Of a stretch of DNA of 64,000 nucleotides, positions 14,417 to 32,793 are shown piece after piece (the first letter of the stretch is position 1; every line of letters starts with the position of its first letter). The position numbers and the translations under genes are program-made. This stretch comes from the human T2T-CHM13v2.0 reference genome, Homo sapiens. Location: the NCBI RefSeq assembly GCF_009914755.1, contig NC_060941.1; one strand, written 5' to 3'. A model generated the notes under the pieces. That model saw only the letters and a list, made by a program, of their open reading frames with translations, was not told the DNA's origin and did no database searches.

Positions 14417-15827
14417 TTCGGATAAACACAAGTTGAAAACTTTTTGTTTGGCGAGTCTATGGAATAGACACATCCCTCTGTTGTAAGGGTTGTAAGATCC
14501 AACTCTTGAAACCTGTGCAGCCTCTAGTAATTGTAGCTTGTCTGGAGCCCTTCAAAAATATTTACTAAATGGAACTGAATGTTGATAACACAACGTCTTA
14601 GAACATTATCATACCCGCCATAAAGCAGAGCAGATAGACTGGGTTAATTTATTCTCCTTCCTTTTACATTAATTAACATTGTCAAGAATCACTAGAATGT
14701 CACTTGATAATTCACAGAGAAAAAACATGGAGAAGAAATAATTGGGCCGGAGGCTGTCACTCGTGAGAGCTTGCTTAGGCATTCCTTTTGCAGAAGCTGT
14801 GCATCATTGAGGAGCAGGGAACCTGGCCCATGAGGCTCATTGTTTGACATATGCTCTGTGAAAAGTAGGGTGGCAGGAAAACCTAAGCTGTTGCATTTGC
14901 TATGTGAGAAAAAACTTGATGGCCCCGAAAGAAACTGGCCCCCCTGATGTGGGAAAACTGCAAAAGGAAAGGCATGACATTTAGAAATCATTTCTTTAGC
15001 TCTGTCGTATGAATCCAGTGATCATATTAGATGTGAAAGGAAGGGGACTTTCAATCATTACAGGAACAAGACAAAAGTCACCAAGCAGAGAGAATAGGAA
15101 TAGGGGCACAGACACAGCTGTTGTCTCAGTGCTGTTGGGAGAATAAGGATGCTTTTGCCGTCTCTACTGCAGAAAAGCTGTGGTCTAATCTTTCTGCCTT
15201 GCACTGGCTGTGTTGCTTGGACAAATTGCTTGGTGGCTCTGGTCCTCAGCTGGGCTGCATGAGCTGGAAGCAAAGGTTTTGCTCAAATCACTTGAGTGGA
15301 GAGATTTGATGTCAAAACATTTGGAATTACAGCTGAGAGCTAATAAAATGCTAATGTAGGAATGAAAAGACTTCCTGGAGTTCTAAGTAACATTTTTATG
15401 TATGTGTGAACATTTTAATTTTCATATTTATGGTTTCACTTTAAAGTGAATTAGAAAAAAATCACATTAAACTACTGACTTCATAGATAATATTTATTGC
15501 TTTGGATGTGTCTCTTAAGAAACAAAATTCATTGTAAATTGACTTAAATAAAAATAACACATAAGGGTTGTATATGGATATGGTTAAAAAAAGACTGAAG
15601 GAGTTTTGGAATGAATACGGTTTGGGAAACAGTGACTATGCCATTTTTTTTTCCCCCTAGAATTGGCTCCATGCCCCACCACTTAGCATAGACTGGTCAG
15701 AAGCAGTTAAAATCATTCCTTGTGTTTTCTGTAGCTGAGAAGGAAGAACATGGAAGAACTCTCCAAGATGGTTTCAGCACTTTTGTTAGGAATCCAAAAC
15801 ATAAGACATTTTCTCTTAAAAATACTA

Positions 15828-16385
<558 letters not shown>

Positions 16386-16483
16386 CATTCTTATGATTGC
16401 AAGACCTCCCAGAATGAGGAATCCTTCCTGCTGGAACAGCTAGGAGTCTCGATTTTTCCGGAAGCTTGAGGCTGGCTTCCTAG

Positions 16484-16648
16484 ACAAGTGCTTCTCACAC
16501 TTTAATGAGCTTTCCAAATCACCAAGGGATCTTGTGTGAAAACCAGGATTAAGGAGATGTGGGTTGGGACCAGAGATCCAGCATTTCTAACAAGCTCCCA
16601 GGCAATGCTGCTCCTGATGATCCCTGGAGTGTGCTTTGAATAGAAAGG
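16484..16648. mobile_element. MER5A/B hAT-Charlie MITE
   Basis: GCATTTCTAACAAGCTCCCAGG core. Confidence 0.75.
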
Positions 16649-16718
16649 TCAAGAGCCTCTTATTTTTATGGAATGCACCTCTCTTGCTTTTTATTCCCCT
16701 GCCCTGTCTCCAAGGCAT

Positions 16719-18218
16719 CAACTGAGTTCAGGGTGCACATGAAGTTGGATACAAACCCACGTTGTTGAGACCGGACATTTGGCGATTAGATTCAGCACAG
16801 ATGTGTCCTCAGATTTCTCCCTTTCTTTGTTGGCTACAAAGGGAGCATATCTAACTCCTCTCAAAGAGAAAAGCAACCAATGGCATCATGTCCATAGGGC
16901 AAAGGCTTAGCTCTCCCTTTTCAGGGAAACAAGATTCCTAATACATTGAGAGAGCGTTCAGTGTTAGTCTTGAGCCTTGGGCTGCAAACCTGTTTTTTTA
17001 ACTTTATGTAACATCTTGGCTCTTTTTCCAAAAAGAAGTGTTTCAAAATTGTTTGACGTCCCTGCTCTGGGATGTCTACAAAGAGACAAATTGTCCTTTC
17101 ATATGAGTTGACCTGGCAATGAAGCATGGCCTGTCCCTTTTGCTGTCCAGAAATCTCCCAAACTTGTGGCCGGTAACCTCTTCCTTTCTATCCTTTCCGA
17201 AGATTCCCTTTGGATGGAAGTCAGCTGTGAATGCTCTCCTGATTTGCATTCAATTGTATAAATTGTCATAGGTACGACTCTTTGTTCAGAAGCTTGAGTG
17301 TATGAGAAAAACAACTTATAATGTATTTTTGAAATTCAATCTAATTTATATTTCAATCTCCTATTTCTCTAGGGCGGAAAAATGTAATCTCAGTTAATTT
17401 GAGGTTTCTTCCTGCCCTGGCATTGTATTTAAATTCAGGGGAACTGGATGTCTCATGGGTTTTTCTACTTTTTAATATAATCTGGTTATATGGGCATTGG
17501 GTAAGATATCTGCCGCCTGATTTGATCCTTCCTCATTGGCCCAAGCATGTCACCACGGAGACTTCCTTGTTCGTGTCTATATGGTTCATACATGGCCTTC
17601 CTCTTAATTAAAGATGTCTTCCGAGGAACATTTTGTCTAAGGTAAGAATCCTTTCCAGACTCCTAACATCATAGGCTTTTAAAACATTGGAGCCAGGAAA
17701 AATATTGTTTGTTTCTCTGCTTCCTTCTTTAAGCTCAACCTTATGCCCTAACCAATAAACATAAATTAGCTTTGCTGTTAAAAATGGAGAAAAGGCCAAA
17801 AAAGAGATACCATAGATACATATTTAAAAAATATCACTTTGCTACAAAATCTAATGTCCCAGATGAATTGCCATGCAATTTGTGCAGATCTATGTACGTT
17901 TCTATTCTTTTTCCATGCTGCACCTGTTTAAATGATAGATCATTCTCCTAAATGCTCTTCCTTGTACTTGTCCTTCTCTGCTATGGTTCACTCAGCCTCT
18001 GGCAAAGAAGTATGGAACTGGGAGAGGTGGAAGATTCGGAGCTAGAGGAGAAGGAAGGAGGATAATGAAGCACACCTGAGAACTTTGCTGCATCGTGGTT
18101 TTGAAAGTGTGGCTTTTACTGTTGCCCATCATATGCAACTGAGTTCAGAGGGCACATAAAGTTGGATACAAACCACTTTGGTGAACCAGACATTTGGCGA
18201 TTAGATCCAGCGCAGATG
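16719..18218 (+). repeat. Dispersed direct repeat pair (16719-16803 and 18136-18218)
   Basis: Manual alignment: 8 substitutions and 2 one-base gaps over 85 columns. Confidence 0.9.
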
Positions 18219-18329
18219 CATCTATATGCAAGTTTTTAGTGAGATGAGACATAGTAATGGTGATTAACTCGATTGTTGATATAATACTGGTGGTAAGCTC
18301 ATTTTAATGTGTAGTTTATTGGAGTTGTT

Positions 18330-18560
18330 AAGGACATTATTTTCAGAGTAAGAAAGCCACATTTGATTCCTGGCTTTGGCACTTCCACATAGTTGACTTG
18401 GGCAAGCTACTAAACCTTCCCAATTATTGCAATGGGAATAACAGTGGTGTCTATATGGTAGGATTGCTGTAAGATTTGAATAAGGTGATGTAATGCACAC
18501 TAAGAGCTAAGTATAATGAGTGCCTGGCTCATGGCAAGCAGAATGAATGTTAACTTATAA
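18330..18560 (+). mobile_element. MIR SINE
   Basis: TGACTTGGGCAAGCTACTAAACCT core, AGTGCCTGGC tail. Confidence 0.7.
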
Positions 18561-20101
18561 TAACAATCATATAAAAAGAGTCAATTTTCTGAAAATTTCC
18601 TCATTTTAGTTATCTTTAAGTAGGTCTTTTCTTTGTCCTTACTTCTGAGCATGGAAAAAACCCCAGAGGCAAAGACCATTAGTCAACTGATCTTAAGGAC
18701 CAGCAGACAAAGCTTCTGATGTAAATTTGCCATCATTCCCTTCACCTCAGAAGTTATGTCTCTAACATATCTTATGTTGAGTGTGCTGACTTAGCAAACC
18801 TGATGCCCTGGTTTTAATACACAAGACTTGCAGCATGACCACCAGGAAAATGTTTCCAAATGCTTGTTGTGGAAAGAGTAGTTAGTCTGCACCTGTCAAC
18901 ATCGCAACTGGATTCGTCTCAAAATGCAAGACACATGGTTCGGAAGCTGGCAAAGGAAAGGATATTTTCACCCTAAAAACACAGCTCATTTCCATTAATT
19001 GAGTCTGAATAGTCACAAGTTGCAAAGCTCCAGACAGGTTTTCACAAGCCCAAGAGCAGGGACTGACAATATTTACAGCGCTCTAAGCTGAATCGTATTA
19101 CTAGGAAGTTCATAAACATGGAGGATGCCTGCTCTGCTGTCACTTGTGTGATATCTGGGCTTCTGCTATGATTTTCTGGGCTCCTTTAATCCAGGACCTA
19201 TGGTTGGGAATGACAAACATCTACCAGTTTCTGAGTTCCAACTCATGTTGGTTGCTATTATGCCACCCAGGTCACTCTCTTGGGAGGTCTCCATGGAGCT
19301 CCTCTTTCCATCTCTAGACACTCTCTCAATCCTTGCATGTTTCTCTCATCCTTTCTCTCAGCTTTGCTTTTTTCCCATCTAGTTTCCTCTTCAACAAAAC
19401 AAAATAAACATCACAGAAATGAACCGATGTCATCCAGTTTGGCAGAAGTTTTGTCTTTATGGGGTATTATAATATTTACCTCTTTCCAAACTTCTTGATA
19501 TTGAAGTTTCCTCTGACTTCTGTAGGTTCCTCTCTTAGGACTCTATAGAGTCGGGAATTTTAGTCGTTCTTCCACTTACGTCACCAGAGGATGAACATAT
19601 CTGTTTTTATATGTTGCACAAGGATAGCATAAGAGACAAATGAAGTGTTGTTTCACTTCATGAACAACAAAAGAAAGATAAAGTAGGAACTTTTGTTTTT
19701 AGGCAATGATGTGAATGAATTTAAATTCATATTGATTATATAAGCAATAATAATAACACATCGTGGGATTTAAAATATATTTAGATTTAAAATGTAGGCT
19801 AATTTAAACATAAATAAGAATGGGGCTGAATGGAGTTAAAGGGTTCCAAGGTCTTTGTCTGGAGAGTAGGTAAAGACACCAATTAATGTTCTGCTTTGAT
19901 AAGCCAAGGATGCATGTTATAATTTCCAGGTAGCACTAAAAGAATGGTTAATGCACGTACAACTTTCATGCTAATAGAGAAAAGATGTAATAATAAAGAA
20001 ATCAATTCGAAACAAGATGAGAAAAGACAAAATAGGAACAAAGAACAGATGGAACAAATAGAAAACACATGATAGATGGTATTTTATCTGCTTGATGACA
20101 T

Positions 20102-20495
20102 ACTTACTACTGAATTATGTCCCCTTCTCTTCCCCAAATTCATATATTGAAATTCTAACCTCCAATACCTAAGAATGTGACCGTTATTTGGAAATAGTGC
20201 CTTTATAGAAGTAATCAAGGTTAAATGTGATCATTAAGGTAAATGTGATCCAAAATGACTGGTCTCTCTATAAGAAGAGAATATTAGGATACAGAGACAC
20301 AGAGCAGAGATCATGTGCAGACAGAGGGAAAAGATAGCCATTTACAAGTCAGGGAGAGATGCCTCAGAAGAAGCCAGCCCAGCTGATGCCTTGATTTGGA
20401 CTTCTAGCCTCCAGAACTATGAGAAAACAAGTATGTATTGTTTAAGCTGTCAGGTCTGTGGTATTTTGTTGTGGCAGCCCTAGCAAACTAATACA
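20102..20495 (+). mobile_element. MLT1A/B solo LTR
   Basis: GACTTCTAGCCTCCAGAACT; end GGCAGCCCTAGCAAACTAATACA. Confidence 0.85.
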
Positions 20496-21737
20496 GCTTC
20501 CTAGACATATCAGTATTTATGTCAAATGCAAATGGACTATATGGTCAAATTAAAAGGCTCAAATTGCAATGAAAGAAGACCCTTGTTGGTTACAAGAGAC
20601 ATATCAAGAACACAAGAATGTGGAAAGATTAGAATAAAAAGGTGAAAAAAAAAGATAACACTATGAAAACTCTAACCAAAAGAAATTTGATGTAGCTATG
20701 TTAAGATTAAAAATGCTGTTTTTAATGCAAAAAGACTGGTAGAGATAAAGAGGAATTTCATAATGCCAGAAGGATCAATTTACCAAGAAGGTATAAAAAT
20801 TCTCAATTTGTATAGATCCAGTAATATGGAATCAAAAAGGCAGAAATGAATAGAGTCACAGTCATACTGACAGATTTTTATCACACTTGTCAGTGGCTGA
20901 TAAAATAAGTAGATATAAAACAGCAATAATACACAAAACTTGAATAATGCAATCAACAAATTTTACCTAAGGACATGTAGAGAATATTGCAGCCAACAAC
21001 TGGAGAATACTTACTAATTTCAAGCACAATAAAAATTGGCTATATGCTGAAACGTAAAGGAAGTCTCACCAGATTTCATGATGCAAATTATATAGTGTTT
21101 GATTTCTAAACACATTTAATAAAGTTGAAAATCAGTAACAACAAATGGTCCTGGAGTAACTAGGCATCTATATGCAAAAAGTGAACTTCAACCTGTACGT
21201 TGTACATAAGAATGAACTCAAAATAGATTTTAGATCTAAATGAAAAAGCTAACATTATAAAAAAATTAGAAAAAAAAACAGAGGAGAAAAGTCTTCATGT
21301 CTTCATGGCCTTTGGAGAAGAAAAGATTTCTTACACAGATCACAAAAAGGCACTAATCATAAAAATTAGTCATAATAATTGGACTTCATTGAATTTAAAA
21401 CTTTGCTTTTCGAAAGACACTGTTCAGAATCAAAGAAGCAAGCCACAGACTCAGATGAAATATTTGCAATACTCATATATGACAAATGATTTGTGTCCAG
21501 AATGTATAAGTAACTCTTGCAGCTGAATGGTAAGAGGATAACAAAAACTCAATAAAAAATGAGCAAAAGATTTGAATGCATACTTCACAAAAGATATCTT
21601 AATGGCCAAGAAGCACATGGAATGATGCCGAACATTATTAGTCATAAGATAAATACAAATTACAACCACTAAGATGGTCAAAATGTAAAAGGTTAGCAGT
21701 AGCCTGTGTTAGTGAAGATGCAGAAAAACTATAACCA

Positions 21738-22665
<928 letters not shown>

Positions 22666-23522
22666 GAAAAACTAGAACCTCATTTATTACTACTGAGAAC
22701 TGTAGAACTGCAAAGTGGTTCTAAAGTTGTAGAACCACTTTAGAAAAAATTGGGCGATTTCTTGTAAAGTTAACACATTCACTGTATGATTCAGAAATTT
22801 CATTACTATGTTGTACGTAAGAAATGAAAACACATGTCTACAAAAGAATTATATATAAATGTTTATTGTAGTTTTATTTGTAATAACAAAAAGCTGGAGA
22901 CAATTCAGATATTCATCAAACAGTGAATGGATAAACAAATCGTGATATATTCATTCAATGGAACACTTCTTCAGCAATAAAAAGCAAAAAGCTACTGATA
23001 CATGCAACATCATGGCTATGTCTCAAAATCATTACGATGATGAAAGAGGGTAGAGTAAATAATATGTGATTCTATCTATACAAAATTGTACAGCAAACAA
23101 AACTAGTTTGCAATGACAGAAAGCAGTTTAGTGGTTGTGGTTAAAGGTAGAGTTGGAGAACTTTTTTTGGAGTGAAAATGTATGTTCAATATATTAATTG
23201 TGGTCATGGTTACACTAATGTTTATGTTTTTCAAAACTCACAAAACTGTATTATGTATAAATGCATATAATATATTGTATGTAAATTTGAACCTAAATTA
23301 AATTGATTTAAAAAGAAAAAATCAATAAAAATATTAAGAAATACACTTCTAAATAAACCGTGAGGCACAGAGTCAATTATAATGGAAACAAAAAAAATTT
23401 GAATTGAATGATATTAAAAATATTAGATGTCAAAACTTCCTGTTAAACAAGTACTTAGTGGGAAATGCCTTAAGTACATATATTGAAAAAGAAAAAAAAG
23501 TGTTGAAAATTAATTACCAAAG

Positions 23523-23884
23523 TGATACGGTTTGGCTCTGTGTCCCCACCCAAATCTCATCTTGAATTGTAATCCCCACATGTCTAGGGAGGGACCTGGT
23601 TGGAGGTGACTGGAACATGTGTGTGGTTTCCCCCATGCTGTCCTCATGATAGTGAGTGAGTTCTCATGAGATCTGGTTGTTTGATAAGTGTCTAGCACTT
23701 CCCCCTTCTTTTTCTCTCTCTCTTGCCACCATGTAAGACATGCCTTGCTTCCCCTTCTTCCATGATTGTAAGTTTCCTGAGACCTCCTCAGCCACGTGGA
23801 ATGTGAATCAGTTAAATCCCTTTTGTTTATAAATTACCCAGTCTTGGATAGTTCTTTATAGCAGTGTGAAAATGAATTAATACA
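23523..23884 (+). mobile_element. MSTA/THE1D-like solo LTR
   Basis: TGATACGGTTTGGCTCTGTGTCCCCACCC...TAATACA. Confidence 0.88.
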
Positions 23885-24268
23885 CCCAGCATCCACTCCA
23901 ATAAGTTAGGAAGAAAATGGCCAAGTAAACTTCAAGGAGGCAGAAGAAAAGAAATAAATATTACAACAGACAATAATGAAGTAGAAAGCAAACATCAAAG
24001 CTAAAATTTGGCCATTTGAAAATACTAACATAATTGATAAACTTCTCATAAGATTAATTTTTTAAAAAATAAAGAATACACAGAAGACTAATGTTTGAAA
24101 TAAAAATAGAGACACCACCACAGACCTTTCAGACATTAAAAAGATGACAAAATGATTTTAAAAGAAGACAAAGAAAGAAAGTAGGCACAAATGGTTACCT
24201 AAAATGAAAAGGAAGATAGCAACACTAATCCTACAGACATTAAAAAGATAAGAGGATTTTATAAATGC

Positions 24269-24981
<713 letters not shown>

Positions 24982-25831
24982 AGCTCAAATAAATTTCATT
25001 GTTTAGATAAAAAAATAAAATCTCTTGATAAAGCAACTTACTCAAACTAACACAAGAAAAAATAGACAACCTGAATGCTCTTAGTGAAGACATTGATCCA
25101 TAATTAAAAATCTTCATTCTAAGGAAGCTCTAGGCCAACGTGGCTTCACCAGCAAATTATACCAAAAAATTTAAGAAAAAAATGCTACTCTTCCACAAAC
25201 TCCTCCAGAGAATGATGAAAGGTGGATCATTCTCCCAATGCATTCCCATCATAATTTTATACCAAAATAAGAATACATAAAAACCTTATTGAAATAAATG
25301 GAAAAAAGCCAGGTAGATTAGTTGAAAAATGAACATGATCTGAAGATGCACTTCAAAAGGAGGATATACAGATGGCCAATAAACTTATGAAAAGGCTCAA
25401 CTTCATTACCCTGCAGGGAAACGAATGTTAAAAACACGGTGAGGTAACCGTACACACCCACCAGAATGGCTAACATTAAAATCAAGCAGTGAGGAGGAAC
25501 TTGGGTAACTGGAACTCTTACACACTGCTGGCTACAGGATAAATTGGTTACAGTCACTTTGGAAAATGGTTTGGTAGTTTTTACTGAAGCTGAAGATTCA
25601 TATACACTGTGACCCAGGAATTTCTCTCCTAGATATATAGCTAACATAAATAAGTGCATGCAGTTATATACAATAATTTCAAAGCAGTATCATTCATGAT
25701 AACACTAAAGAGAAAACAATACAAATACCCATCAACCACAGCATGGATAAATGCATTGCAATATAGCATGCAATAAAAGTATCTATTGCAATAAAAATTA
25801 ATAAATTATAGCTACATAAAAAATGGGGATC

Positions 25832-26164
<333 letters not shown>

Positions 26165-26585
26165 TCACAAGGATGATGACATACTCTAGGATTCCACTTA
26201 TGTAAAGAACAGTATAGACTGAATAAAACTATAGATTTTAAGGATGAACAAATAGTAGGTAAAAATGACATAAAAAGGCAAGTAAGTTATTACCATAAAA
26301 GGTGGATGGTACCTTGTGGGGGAAGGATGGGGTTGTGATTAGGAAGAGGTAAGCAAAGAGGTGCTAGAGTCTTGGAAAGTTTTGTTTCTTGAACTTGATG
26401 GTTGTTATATGGGTGTATGCTTTATGGTGGCTGTGAATTTCTTTTTCACTTTTCCCTCTGTGCTTTATGTTTCACAATAAAAAAAGTTAAGATTAAATGA
26501 GAAAAGTGAGCACCCCAAATTCTTTAGAATTAAAATGTAAGTTTCATGAAAGGTATTGCTATTAGTTCTAGTCTTTGTAATCTTA

Positions 26586-26720
26586 CATCCATTCACCTAT
26601 TCATCCATCTGCCTACCACCCAACCATCCATCCATCCATCCATCCATCCCTCCATTCATCTATTCTTCTATTCATCTATTCTTCTATTCATATTTCCTTT
26701 TACCATTTATTCATTCACCC
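26586..26720. repeat. Degenerate (CCAT)n tract
   Basis: Seen directly. Confidence 0.85.
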
Positions 26721-27039
26721 ACACCTGAGGCAGTTCGGTTCTCCCTAGAAAATTATAGAGATTGACAGTTTGAATAATAATGACTAGACCTTGAGATGAA
26801 TGATTGAACCATTTCTGAGCTGCCTAGTTTTCCTCTCTTGGAAGCCAACATGTTCCTCACTAAGAACTGGGCATGGGTTTGGTTTTCTATTGATGTGAAG
26901 CCTTACACAGTTGTAAGATCTGTAGATCTGGGCTAGGGTACAGAGAAATTGACTGTCCACTTTCTTTTAATTTGCATTCATTGATAAGATCATTATGAAC
27001 CTGTGCTGACACAGCTATAATCTCAGGGAGAGGCACACA

Positions 27040-27375
27040 CAGTCCCATGTTGCATAACAATGTTTTTGTCAATGAAGGATCACATATATGACAGCGGTCC
27101 CATTAGATTATAATACTGTAATTTTACTGTACCTTTTCTATGTTTAGATACACAAATACTTAGCATTGTGTTACAATTGCCTACAGTATTCAGTACAGTA
27201 ACATGCTGTACAGGTTTGTAGCCTAGGAGCAATTGGCCATATCATGTAGTTTAGGTGTGCAGTAGGTTATACCATCTAGGTTTGTATAAGTGCACTCTTG
27301 GATGTTCACACAGTAACAAAATCACCTAATGATGCATTTTTTGAATGTATCTCTGTCATTAAGTGATGCATGACA
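27040..27375 (-). mobile_element. Tigger3a (MER7A) MITE
   Basis: CAGTAACATGCTGTACAGGTTTGTAGCCTAGGAGCAAT; reverse complement of 34944-35291. Confidence 0.85.
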
Positions 27376-28199
27376 AATAAATGCCCATATACCTGGAATC
27401 AGAAATTCCATTCCTAAGAATCTATTCTCAGAAAATACTAGTGCTGGTACTATAAAGATGCAAGTACAAAAAGTGTTTATTTCTGAGTTGTTTGTAATGG
27501 CAAAAACAATGTAGAAATATCTTAAATTTCCATCATTAATGGACTGATGAAAGAAATTATGGAAAAGTCATATGATGAAGCATAACTTCACCTTTTATAA
27601 ATGAGATTTATGATGACCTAGAAAGTTCTCCAAGTTATATTATTAAATGTAAAAGGCAAATTACAGAATAATACATTTGATAATAAGATATCACTTGAAT
27701 AGAAATGGTAGTTCTCAATATATATGTGCAGGTACTTGCATATGGAGTCCAAAAGGATATACATACACTCCAATTTTAATGGGTGATTTATGGGGAAAGA
27801 AATGAGATTGGGGGAAAGGAAACTGAAAAGGGACTTTAAGATTACCGTACTTTATAATTCTAAATTTTAGAATTGTTACAAGAACACATTCATGCATTAC
27901 TTGTGTGTTTTAAAAGTAATTTTTAAACCTTTAGTTAGAAAATTAAAAAGTAATGCCTGATCATTTTTTAAAAATTAGAAAATATATAAAATAATGAAGA
28001 AAACATTTAAAAATCTGTATTTTCCTTATCCAGACCCCTTCAAGTCTTATTTTAATAATTATAATACTGTATTTTTACTGTGCCTTTTCAAGCCTAGTTT
28101 GTGCTTGACAGTCATAGAATGAACCAATCTTTCCAAGCCTTGCTTCAAGCACCAAATTCTACTGAAATAAAAGACCTTGCCTTGTACAATGAAGATGAC

Positions 28200-31036
<2,837 letters not shown>

Positions 31037-31586
31037 ACAATGAGAACACATGGACATAGGAAGGGGAACATCACACTCTGGGGACTGTTGTGGGGTGGGG
31101 GGAGGGGGGAGGGATAGCATTGGGAGATATACCTAATGCTAGATGACGAGTTAGTGGGTGCAGCACATGAGCATGGCACATGTATATGTATGTAACTAAC
31201 CTGCACATTGTGCACATGTACCCTAAAACTTAAAGTATAATAATAAATAAATAAATAAATAAATAAATAAAAAAGAGGAACAACAACAACAAAAAAGACT
31301 GAGATTTTTCTTGCAACAAAAAGATAAATGAAAGATACTTGTGAGAGTTAATCACCTCCTTCAGGAAACAGGTTCTTCAGATTATTGGAAACATTTATCA
31401 ATTTACCATGTCTCTGGCACAGACATCAGCAGAGCCAAGAGTAACCGGAATGGGTACCTCAATCTGAGCAACGAGGAAACAGAGTTATGCTTCAGGAAAG
31501 GAAATAGACACTTGTTTTGCTTTTGTCTTGAACAAAATGCTTGGATTTTAACATACAAGTAGTGTTTGCATCACCTCTTGAGATTG

Positions 31587-32793
31587 TGTAGTGGGTATTT
31601 TTTGAGGTATAGCCCCAGCATCCCATGATCCTGTCTTTGTGCCCTTATCAAGAATAGTGGACCCCTGGAAGCCATTTTGTATGATGTGACCTCACCCCTG
31701 GTCACCGATGATTGGCTTAAAAAGGGGCAGCTTGCTCAAGCCGGCCCAATCAGAGTATCTCTTCCAGGAGCGAGCTTGGAAAATGCCAGCCTCTCTATTG
31801 ACCGAAGCTGTATCAGTTAACCCTTTGATGGCATAATAACCTTCTTCTTTACATTTATTAAAAGTGAGATTTTTGTATTCCATTGATTTTTGTCCTAACT
31901 CAGAGGATAGAATTTGTCAGTAGTGGTAAGACTAAAATTATACCTGTTGTGGTTTTCTGGCTCTTCTATCTGTCACGCTTTCTTTCTCGCTTTCTCCCCT
32001 TAACCCTCCTACCCTCACTCCCTGGCCCCGTCCTTTTTCTAATCATGCACATAAACAAAGGGACAGACATATTCACAAAACAGTAGTACTTGTCACGAAC
32101 ATTTTTTTTCCCACTGCTGTGAAAGTTTAAAAAAACCAACGAAATAATAATAGGCTTTCCCATCCACAACCCCCATTCCTTACCAGCTGTTGTATTTTAT
32201 AAGCCAACAAAACAAACTTGTGGCTGGACAAAGCAGCTTCCAGAAGAGGCAGGCAAATTCATTTCTAGGCCAGCAGTTTAATTGGATGCAACAAAGAACA
32301 TGGTGTGGCTTTTCTGGGCACTTGAAGTAGAGGCAGGCTTTTCGTTCCAGCAAACACAGGCTGCAGAAGCTGTATGATTTGTAGTAATTCATTCGACATG
32401 AGCAACAATTGTGAAGAAGCTTTGTGTCATCAATATGAGTCCCCAAACAAGTATTTTAAAATAATGACCTTCACAGCCAAATTTATAACGGTATCCTCTC
32501 TACCACCCACTGCCCCCCATGAGTAGCTGAGAAGCCAGTCTGGGGGTGTGGGAAGGTAGGATCCTCCCAAGAGGAATGAAAACACTGGAGAGAGAGAGAA
32601 GAAGAATAAGGAGAAATCATTCTTCCTGGTCTCCTGATGGCTTTCCTGTTCCTGATTCCTGTTCTTCAGTTCCATGAGACACTCCAGCTGCCTTATAATA
32701 AATCACCCTTTATTTATTTATTTATTTATTTTTTTGCTAAAGTTGGCTTGAGTGAAGTTCTGATACTTATAACAAAAGAAATCTAAATAATAC
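31587..32793 (+). mobile_element. ERVL LTR16-like fragments (about 31587-31775 and 32500-32793)
   Basis: GGCCCAATCAGAGTATCTCTTCC and CCTTATAATAAATCACCCTTT...TAAAGTTGGCTTGAGT. Confidence 0.45.

Noticed and set aside
16990-17075. Minus-strand exon-like segment IPEQGRQTILKHFFLEKEPRCYIKLKKQ
   Set aside because: Acceptor is plausible but the donor GTTTGC is weak, with no partner exons or recognised homolog
31275-31290. L1 3' transduction
   Set aside because: Only about 16 low-complexity non-A bases; tail decay explains it equally well
32180-32446. Cysteine-rich 88-aa minus-strand ORF
   Set aside because: No recognisable Cys spacing, non-ATG start, no supporting exon context
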